A stretch of DNA of 64,000 nt. Origin: Gordius albopunctatus (taxonomy: Eukaryota). The DNA is taken from the NCBI GenBank assembly GCA_964276515.1, contig OZ193910.1:7998001-8062000 (forward strand), written 5' to 3'. This document shows, one piece after another, positions 55,215-64,000 of this stretch; position 1 is the stretch's first letter; the number at the start of each line of letters is the position of its first letter. Made by a program: the position numbers and the translations under genes. The notes beneath the pieces are model-generated. The model did no database searches. It was given only the letters and a program-made list of their open reading frames with translations, and had not been told where the DNA came from.

Positions 55215-56120
55215 GTTAACTTTAGCTGTATTATTTTGGATGGTAGGAATTTTGTTGGATATATCTTTTATTAATAAATTAAGCCCATGAGCTGCACAGC
55301 CAAAGCACTCAATTGAAGGATGTTTAGACTTAACTATTTCCCAAGCCTTCTTCATATTTTTAGCGTTGTCAGTAACTATGGCAACAAATTTTTGAGTGCC
55401 AATTTCTTCCATCACCTTTAGGAATTGATCAGCTATATAATCCCCAGTATGGGCATTCGTCCCTGTATCTATAGATTTTAAAAATATGGGTTTCGGTGTC
55501 ATTATTATAAAATTGATTATGGACTCCCCCCTAATGTTTGTCCAACCATCACTAATTAATGTAAAATTAGAACCTGATTCTAGTTTTTCATTTATAACTG
55601 CTTTGATCTTGTCAAATTGGTAATTTAGCAAAGAACCTCCTATTGCCTTTCTTGGTGGAATTCTGAAGGATGGTTTTATAGATTTGAAAAAGTCCTTCCA
55701 ATAATAATTTTCTGTTATGTTAAAGGGACAATTTGACATATAGATAGCCAGTGCAAGCTTTTCATTTAATCTTTCTTGTTGCACTGGAGTCATGCTATCG
55801 AAATATTGATTAATATTTGATGTGGATTGTTTTGAAGTGTTAAAATTTGTTGTTAACTCAGGTGTTGTTACAGTGGGGTGTTTGTGTTCTGACGCAGAAA
55901 AAGTTTTAGATGATTCTGAGGATATTGAAAAAACTTCTAGTTCTGAGCATTTTGTTTCACTTGCATATTCTGGGCATTTTTGTATATGGATAGACATTTT
56001 TGTTGGGTTGGTGAAGTCATATTTATGGTTGCAATAGTTGCAGATGGCAATAAAGCCTTTCTTATTGGAGGATGTATGTCTACCAAAATGTTTCCAGATA
56101 TCAGATGGTTTTCTAGGCAT
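55206..56120 (-). CDS. hAT transposase N-terminal part (304 aa): BED zinc finger plus first half of the RNase H-like catalytic domain (DUF659-like)
   Basis: IWKHF...CNYC...H..KC (BED finger); LISDGWTN (first catalytic Asp); AIVTDNAKNM (second Asp); CAAHGLNL (CxxH motif). Confidence 0.9.
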   Translation of the reverse strand: MPRKPSDIWKHFGRHTSSNKKGFIAICNYCNHKYDFTNPTKMSIHIQKCPEYASETKCSELEVFSISSESSKTFSASEHKHPTVTTPELTTNFNTSKQSTSNINQYFDSMTPVQQERLNEKLALAIYMSNCPFNITENYYWKDFFKSIKPSFRIPPRKAIGGSLLNYQFDKIKAVINEKLESGSNFTLISDGWTNIRGESIINFIIMTPKPIFLKSIDTGTNAHTGDYIADQFLKVMEEIGTQKFVAIVTDNAKNMKKAWEIVKSKHPSIECFGCAAHGLNLLIKDISNKIPTIQNNTAKVNKL

Positions 56121-56174
56121 CTTACAAGATTAAAATTTATTTAATGATTTAAAATATAGGCCAATCCAATACAG

Positions 56175-56637
56175 CTAAAAGCTAGTTAAAAATAAAATGC
56201 TAGTATAATTTTACTTGAGTTTTAGTGTAAGTGTTTTTTAAAATATTAAATAGGATATCAAATTGAATGTCAAATAGATTTAGCTAAAAAAATTTTAAAT
56301 TTAATTATACATAATCTTACCTGAGGTTTAAATTAAGTTGTTTATATTATTAAAATTGTAGGTGTGTTTGTAAAGTAGAAACAAAAAATAGTGCTTGATT
56401 AAATATAGGGTAATACAGAATTTAAATTTTAATGGTGTAGGTGTAATAATACCTAAATAGTTGATTTGCAACTTATATTTCAAATTCAAACAAGCTAAAA
56501 GCTACTTTAAATAAAATTGTTTATATGTATTTACTTAGATGAGTCAAACAAATAGGGTAAACTTTTTGAATATACAATAAGCAAGTCAAATTCCAAAATA
56601 AAAGCTAAAAATTTAAATTCTGATGTTTATATTTTAC
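56175..56637 (-). other. Four candidate micro-introns (33, 40, 37, 40 nt) in the transposase 5' leader
   Basis: Minus-strand segments 56605-56637, 56495-56534, 56284-56320 and 56175-56214 each start GTAA and end TTTTAG, followed by CT. Confidence 0.45.
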
Positions 56638-56798
56638 TTGAATTAGGTGATTGACTAGAAGGTTTCAATTAATTTTAAATAGGCGGAAAAATGCTAATAG
56701 AAGTTTCCACGAGGAAAATATAAAATTCTAAATAATTAAAATCAATTTAAAAATAAAATATTGCGTAAATTTTGTGTCAAAAACATTAATTTTTTTAA

Positions 56799-56882
56799 GG
56801 GAATTTATCATAGGGAAAATTCAATTTTCCCGCGGGAATATTCCCGGGAATTAATGGGAATATTCCCGGGAATATTCCCCCC
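56799..56882. repeat. Subterminal palindromic GGGAATATTCCC cluster, probable transposase-binding sites
   Basis: GGGAATATTCCC at 56834-56845, 56856-56867 and 56868-56879; TTCCCGCGGGAA at 56827-56838; further GGGAA at 56799 and 56813. Confidence 0.8.
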
Positions 56883-56886
56883 TGTG

Positions 56887-56895
56887 CCATCTCTA
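56887..56895 (-). repeat. Terminal inverted repeat at the transposase 5' end (CCATCTCTA on the + strand)
   Basis: Exact reverse complement of 54015-54023. Confidence 0.93.
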
Positions 56896-56903
56896 ATCGC
56901 TTT
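56896..56903 (+). repeat. Target-site duplication, right copy (ATCGCTTT)
   Basis: Directly follows the element end CCATCTCTA; identical to 54007-54014. Confidence 0.96.
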
Positions 56904-59900
56904 ATAAGCGTGTCTCTAGTTTTAGTGAAACAAGCTCTATGCGATCGTGATTTAGAGATAATAATTTTTGACGACTGATCAAAAAAATGTTTTTAAAGGA
57001 ATTCACCTCTTATACCGAAAACTTTCATGAGAGCTATATGGTTGAACAAAAAAATAGAAAAAATTTTGAGGTCGAAAAAATTTTTATTTTTCATATTCTT
57101 TCGAAAGGGAGATGAAAAAATCTTTAAAAGTTAGTAAATATTCTTAGAATTTTGTCCTTGTTAGAATCTTGAAAGGAATTTATGCGTGGGGGGATGTTTT
57201 AGATTGAGAGAAATTAAAATTTAGGTGTTGCGTTTATATTGTTTCAATATCGCTTTATAAGCGTGTCTCTAGTTTTAGTGAAACAAGCTCTATTCGATCG
57301 TGATTCAGAGTTAATAATTTTATGACTGATCAAAAAAATGTTTTTCAAGGAATTCACCTCTTATACCGAAAACTTTCATGAGAACTATATGGTTGAACAA
57401 AAAAATTGAAAAAATTTTGAGGTCGAAAAAATATTATTTTTTTCATATTTTTTCGAAAGGGAGATGAAAAAATCTTTAAAAGTTAGTAAATATTCTTAGC
57501 ATTTTGTCCTTGTTAGAATCTTGATAGGAATTTATCCTTGGGGGGATGTTTGAGATTGAGAGAAATTAAAATTTTCGTGTTGCGTTTATATTGTTTCAAT
57601 ATCGCTTTATAAGCGTGTCTCTAGTTTTAGTGAAACAAGCTCTATGCGATCGTGATTTAGAGTTAATAATTTTTGATGACTGATCAAAAAAATGTTTTTC
57701 AAGGAATTCACCTCTTATACCGAAAACTTTCATGAGAGCTATATGGTTGAACAAAAAAATTGAAAAAATTTTGAGGTCGAAAAAATTATTATTTTTCATA
57801 TTCTTTCGAAAGGGAGATGAAAAAATCTTTAAAAGTTAGTAAATATTCTTAGCATATTGTCCTCGTTAGAATCTTGATAGGAATTTATGCGTGGGGGGAT
57901 GTTTTAGATTGAGAGAAATTAAAATTTTCGTGCTGCGTTTAGTTTGTTTCAATATCGCTTTATAAGCGTGTCTCTAGTTTTAGTGAAACAAGCTCTATGC
58001 GATCGTGATTTACAGTTAATAATTTTTGATGACTGATCAAAAAAATGTTTTTCAAGGAATTCACCTCTTATACCGAAAACTTTCATGAGAGCTATATGGT
58101 TGAACAAAAAAATTGAAAAAATTTTGAGGTCGAAAAAAATATTGTTTTTCAAATTCTTTCGAAAGGGAGATGAAAAAATCTTTAAAAGTTAGTAAATATT
58201 CTTAGAATTTTGTCCTTGTTAGAATCTTGATAGGAATTTTTGCGTTGGCGATGTTTGAGATTGAGAGAAAATAAAATTTTCGTGCTGCGTTTAGTTTGTT
58301 TCAATATCGCTTTATAAGCGTGTCTCTAGTTTTAGTGAAACAAGCTCTATGCGATCGTGATTTAGAGATAATAATTTTTGACGACTGATCAAAAAAATGT
58401 TTTTAAAGGAATTCACCTCTTATACCGAAAACTTTCATGAGAGCTATATGGTTGAACAAAAAAATAGAAAAAATTTTGAGGTCGAAAAAATTATTATTTT
58501 TCATATTCTTTCGAAAGGGAGATGAAAAAATCTTTAAAAGTTAGTAAATATTCTTAGCATTTTGTCCTTGTTAGAATCTTGAAAGGAATTTATGCGTGGG
58601 GGGATGTTTTAGATTGAGAGAAATTAAAATTTAGGTGTTGCGTTTATATTGTTTCAATATCGCTTTATAAGCGTGTCTCTAGTTTTAGTGAAACAAGCTC
58701 TATGCGATCGTGATTTAGAGTTAATAATTTTTGATGACTGATCAAAAAATTGTTTTTCAAGGAATTCACCTCTTATACCGAAAACTTTCATGAGAGCTAT
58801 ATGGTTGAACAAAAAAATTGAAAAAATTTTGAGGTCGAAAAAATTATTATTTTTCATATTCTTTCGAAAGGGAGATGAAAAAATCTTTAAAAGTTAGTAA
58901 ATATTCTTAGCATATTGTCCTCGTTAGAATCTTGATAGGAATTTATGCGTGGGGGGATGTTTTAGATTGAGAGAAATTAAAATTTTCGTGCTGCGTTTAG
59001 TTTGTTTCAATATCGCTTTATAAGCGTGTCTCTAGTTTTAGTGAAACAAGCTCTATGCGATCGTGATTTACAGTTAATAATTTTTGATGACTGATCAAAA
59101 AAATGTTTTTCAAGGAATTCACCTCTTATACCGAAAACTTTCATGAGAGCTATATGGTTGAACAAAAAAATTGAAAAAATTTTGAGGTCGAAAAAAATAT
59201 TGTTTTTCAAATTCTTTCGAAAGGGAGATGAAAAAATCTTTAAAAGTTAGTAAATATTCTTAGAATTTTGTCCTTGTTAGAATCTTGATAGGAATTTTTG
59301 CGTTGGCGATGTTTGAGATTGAGAGAAAATAAAATTTTCGTGCTGCGTTTAGTTTGTTTCAATATCGCTTTATAAGCGTGTCTCTAGTTTTAGTGAAACA
59401 AGCTCTATGCGATCGTGATTTACAGTTAATAATTTTTGATGACTGATCAAAAAAATGTTTTTCAAGGAATTCACCTCTTATACCGAAAACTTTCATGAGA
59501 GCTATATGGTTGAACAAAAAAATTGAAAAAATTTTGAGGTCGAAAAAATTATTATTTTTCATATTCTTTCGAAAGGGAGATGAAAAAATCTTTAAAAGTT
59601 AGTAAATATTCTTAGCATATTGTCCTCGTTAGAATCTTGATAGGAATTTATGCGTGGGGGGATGTTTGAGATTGAGAGAAATTAAAATTTTCGTGCTGCG
59701 TTTATATTGTTTCAATATCGCTTTATAAGCGTGTCTCTAGTTTTAGTGAAACAAGCTCGATGCGATCGTGATTTAGAGTTAATAATTTTTGATGACTGAT
59801 CAAAAAAATGTTTTTCAAGCAATTCACCTGTTATACCGAAAACTTTCATGAGAGCTATATGGTTGAACAAAAAAATTGAAAAAATTTTGAGGTCGAAAAA

Positions 59901-62900
59901 AATATTATTTTTCAAATTCTTTCGAAAGGATGATGAAAAAATCTTTAAAAGTTAGTAAATATTCTTAGCATTTTGTCCTTGTTAGAATATTGATAGAAAT
60001 TTATGCGTGGGGGGATGTTTGAGATTGAGAGAAATTAAAATTTTCGTGTTGCGTTTATATTGTTTCAATATCGCTTTATAAGCGTGTCTCTAGTTTTAGT
60101 GAAACAAGCTCTATGCGATCGTGATTTAGAGATAATAATTTTTGACGACTGATCAAAAAAATATTTTTAAAGGAATTCACCTCTTATACCGAAAACTTTC
60201 ATGAGAGCTATATGGTTGAACAAAAAAATAGAAAAAATTTTGAGGTCGAAAAAATTATTATTTTTCATATTCTTTCGAAAGGGAGATGAAAAAATCTTTA
60301 AAAGTTAGTAAAGATTCTTAGCATTTTGTCCTTGTTAGAATCTTGAAAGGAATTTATGCGTGGGGGGATGTTTTAGATTGAGAGAAATTAAAATTTAGGT
60401 GTTGCGTTTATATTGTTTCAATATCGCTTTATAAGCGTGTCTCTAGTTTTAGTGAAACAAGCTCTATGCGATCGTGATTTAGAGTTAATAATTTTTGATG
60501 ACTGATCAAAAAAATGTTTTTCAAGGAATTCACCTCTTATACCGAAAACTTTCATGAGAGCTATATGGTTGAACAAAAAAATTGAAAAAATTTTGAGGTC
60601 GAAAAAATTATTATTTTTCATATTCTTTCGAAAGGGAGATGAAAAAATCTTTAAAAGTTAGTAAATATTCTTAGCATATTGTCCTCGTTAGAATCTTGAT
60701 AGGAATTTATGCGTGGGGGGATGTTTGAGATTGAGAGAAATTAAAATTTTCGTGCTGCGTTTATATTGTTTCAATATCGCTTTATAAGCGTGTCTCTAGT
60801 TTTAGTGAAACAAGCTCGATGCGATCGTGATTTAGAGTTAATAATTTTTGATGACTGATCAAAAAAATGTTTTTCAAGCAATTCACCTGTTATACCGAAA
60901 ACTTTCATGAGAGCTATATGGTTGAACAAAAAAATTGAAAAAATTTTGAGGTCGAAAAAAATATTATTTTTCAAATTCTTTCGAAAGGATGATGAAAAAA
61001 TCTTTAAAAGTTAGTAAATATTCTTAGCATTTTGTCCTTGTTAGAATATTGATAGAAATTTATGCGTGGGGGGATGTTTTAGATTGAGAGAAATTAAAAT
61101 TTAGGTGTTGCGTTTATATTGTTTCAATATCGCTTTATAAGCGTGTCTCTAGTTTTAGTGAAACAAGCTCTATGCGATCGTGATTTAGAGATAATAATTT
61201 TTGACGACTGATCAAAAAAATGTTTTTAAAGGAATTCACCTCTTATACCGAAAACTTTCATGAGAGCTATATGGTTGAACAAAAAAATTGAAAAAATTTT
61301 GAGGTCGAAAAAATTTTTATTTTTCATATTCTTTCGAAAGGGAGATGAAAAAATCTTTAAAAGTTAGTAAATATTCTTAGAATTTTGTCCTTGTTAAAAT
61401 CTTGAAAGGAATTTATGCGTGGGGGGATGTTTTAGATTGAGAGAAATTAAAATTTAGGTGTTGCGTTTATATTGTTTCAATATCGCTTTATAAGCGTGTC
61501 TCTAGTTTTAGTGAAACAAGCTCTATTCGATCGTGATTCAGAGTTAATAATTTTATGACTGATCAAAAAAATGTTTTTCAAGGAATTCACCTCTTATACC
61601 GAAAACTTTCATGAGAACTATATGGTTGAACAAAAAAATTGAAAAAATTTTGAGGTCGAAAAAATATTATTTTTTCCATATTTTTTCGAAAGGGAGATGA
61701 AAAAATCTTTAAAAGTTAGTAAATATTCTTAGCATTTTGTCCTTGTTAGAATCTTGATAGGAATTTATCCTTGGGGGGATGTTTGAGATTGAGAGAAATT
61801 AAAATTTTCGTGTTGCGTTTATATTGTTTCAATATCGCTTTATAAGCGTGTCTCTAGTTTTAGTGAAACAAGCTCTATGCGATCGTGATTTACAGTTAAT
61901 AATTTTTGATGACTGATCAAAAAAATGTTTTTCAAGGAATTCACCTCTTATACCGAAAACTTTCATGAGAGCTATATGGTTGAACAAAAAAATTGAAAAA
62001 ATTTTGAGGTCGAAAAAATTATTATTTTTCATATTCTTTCGAAAGGGAGATGAAAAAATCTTTAAAAGTTAGTAAATATTCTTAGCATATTGTCCTCGTT
62101 AGAATCTTGATAGGAATTTATGCGTGGGGGGATGTTTTAGATTGAGAGAAATTAAAATTTTCGTGCTGCGTTTAGTTTGTTTCAATATCGCTTTATAAGC
62201 GTGTCTCTAGTTTTAGTGAAACAAGCTCTATGCGATCGTGATTTAGAGTTAATAATTTTTGATGACTGATCAAAAAAATGTTTTTCAAGGAATTCACCTC
62301 TTATACCGAAAACTTTCATGAGAGCTATATGGTTGAACAAAAAAATAGAAAAAATTTTGAGGTCGAAAAAATTATTATTTTTCATATTCTTTCGAAAGGG
62401 AGATGAAAAAATCTTTAAAAGTTAGTAAATATTCTTAGCATTTTGTCCTTGTTAGAATCTTGATAGGAATTTATCCTTGGGGGGATGTTTGAGATTGAGA
62501 GAAATTAAAATTTTCGTGTTGCGTTTATATTGTTTCAATATCGCTTTATAAGCGTGTCTCTAGTTTTAGTGAAACAAGCTCTATGCGATCGTGATTTAGA
62601 GTTAATAATTTTTGATGACTGATCAAAAAAATGTTTTTCAAGGAATTCACCTCTTATACCGAAAACTTTCATGAGAGCTATATGGTTGAACAAAAAAATT
62701 GAAAAAATTTTGAGGTCGAAAAAATTATTATTTTTCATATTCTTTCGAAAGGGAGATGAAAAAATCTTTAAAAGTTAGTAAATATTCTTAGCATATTGTC
62801 CTCGTTAGAATCTTGATAGGAATTTATGCGTGGGGGGATGTTTTAGATTGAGAGAAATTAAAATTTTCGTGCTGCGTTTAGTTTGTTTCAATATCGCTTT

Positions 62901-64000
62901 ATAAGCGTGTCTCTAGTTTTAGTGAAACAAGCTCTATGCGATCGTGATTTAGAGTTAATAATTTTTGATGACTGATCAAAAAAATGTTTTTCAAGGAATT
63001 CACCTCTTATACCGAAAACTTTCATGAGAGCTATATGGTTGAACAAAAAAATTGAAAAAATTTTGAGGTCGAAAAAATTATTATTTTTCATATTCTTTCG
63101 AAAGGGAGATGAAAAAATCTTTAAAAGTTAGTAAATATTCTTAGCATATTGTCCTCGTTAGAATCTTGATAGGAATTTATGCGTGGGGGGATGTTTTAGA
63201 TTGAGAGAAATTAAAATTTTCGTGCTGCGTTTAGTTTGTTTCAATATCGCTTTATAAGCGTGTCTCTAGTTTTAGTGAAACAAGCTCTATGCGATCGTGA
63301 TTTAGAGTTAATAATTTTTGATGACTGATCAAAAAAATGTTTTTCAAGGAATTCACCTCTTATACCGAAAACTTTCATGAGAGCTATATGGTTGAACAAA
63401 AAAATAGAAAAAATTTTGAGGTCGAAAAAATTATTATTTTTCATATTCTTTCGAAAGGGAGATGAAAAAATCTTTAAAAGTTAGTAAATATTCTTAGCAT
63501 TTTGTCCTTGTTAGAATCTTGATAGGAATTTATCCTTGGGGGGATGTTTGAGATTGAGAGAAATTAAAATTTAGGTGTTGCGTTTATATTGTTTCAATAT
63601 CGCTTTATAAGCGTGTCTCTAGTTTTAGTGAAACAAGCTCTATTCGATCGTGATTCAGAGTTAATAATTTTATGACTGATCAAAAAAATGTTTTTCAAGG
63701 AATTCACCTCTTATACCGAAAACTTTCATGAGAACTATATGGTTGAACAAAAAAATTGAAAAAATTTTGAGGTCGAAAAAATATTATTTTTTCCATATTT
63801 TTTCGAAAGGGAGATGAAAAAATCTTTAAAAGTTAGTAAATATTCTTAGCATTTTGTCCTTGTTAGAATCTTGATAGGAATTTATCCTTGGGGGGATGTT
63901 TGAGATTGAGAGAAATTAAAATTTTCGTGTTGCGTTTATATTGTTTCAATATCGCTTTATAAGCGTGTCTCTAGTTTTAGTGAAACAAGCTCTATGCGAT
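56896..64000. repeat. 353-bp tandem satellite array, right arm (same orientation and phase, runs off the window end)
   Basis: The monomer resumes exactly where it was interrupted (ATCGCTTTATAAGCGTGTCTC at 56896) and the 353-bp period continues (62182, 62535, 62888, 63241). Confidence 0.99.

Larger units (their letters stand above)
54249..56120 (-). pseudogene. hAT transposase (about 623-624 aa when repaired), broken by two frameshifts in the sequence as given
   Basis: Three consecutive ORF pieces carry the motifs in canonical order: BED finger, DGWTN, VTDNA, CAAH, TRW, LDPRY, WW, PATSAATERIWS, RNRM. The breaks are at ~55213 and ~54955. Confidence 0.9.
54015..56895 (-). mobile_element. hAT-superfamily cut-and-paste DNA transposon, 2881 bp, full length with both ends intact
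   Basis: Begins TAGAGATGG and ends CCATCTCTA (inverted repeat), and is flanked by the 8-bp direct repeat ATCGCTTT; an 8-bp TSD is typical of hAT elements. It encodes hAT transposase motifs on the minus strand. Confidence 0.97.

Noticed and set aside
54950..55216. Programmed ribosomal frameshifting or an intron repairing the transposase
   Set aside because: The first site lacks a canonical slippery heptamer, two different shifts would be needed, and splicing out the middle would delete the conserved TRW motif.
53992..56037. Short ORFs 53992-54216(-), 54256-54441(+), 54642-54830(+), 54881-55219(+) and 55822-56037(+)
   Set aside because: These are antisense shadows of the transposase or translations of the subterminal repeats, with no motifs.
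56121..56700. Coding exons in the spliced leader (N-terminal extension or second gene)
   Set aside because: Joining the candidate exons gives an open stretch of ~80 codons, but it has no ATG and there is an in-frame TAA just before the transposase ATG.
48..63444. Repeated 67-aa minus-strand ORF (MKNNNFFDLK...) as a tandem gene family
   Set aside because: It has no recognisable domain and its composition (F, K, I, N) reflects the A/T tracts. Many copies start at TTG or carry stops and frameshifts that were amplified as readily as intact copies, so it is best explained as a by-product of the satellite.
1..64000. CRISPR array or other prokaryotic repeat-spacer system
   Set aside because: There are no unique spacers, the whole 353 bp is repeated, and the only gene is a eukaryotic hAT transposase.

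Overview
The window is almost entirely one eukaryotic, AT-rich tandem satellite array with a 353-bp monomer (about 174 head-to-tail copies, all in one orientation). Variant monomers organise it into higher-order repeats (HORs) and at least two sub-domains. The array is interrupted once, at 54015-56895, by a 2881-bp hAT-superfamily DNA transposon. The element has 9-bp terminal inverted repeats (TIRs; TAGAGATGG), a perfect 8-bp target-site duplication (TSD; ATCGCTTT) and GGGAA/GGGAATATTCCC subterminal repeats. Its minus-strand BED-finger/DDE transposase is split by two mutually compensating frameshifts, both in homopolymer runs. The most unexpected structure lies in the transposase 5' leader: four 33-40 nt GT..TTTTAG segments that look like micro-introns, within ~660 nt that otherwise has no upstream ATG. 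The repeated 67-aa ORF is treated as a by-product of the satellite. The organism and any centromeric function cannot be determined from this sequence alone.
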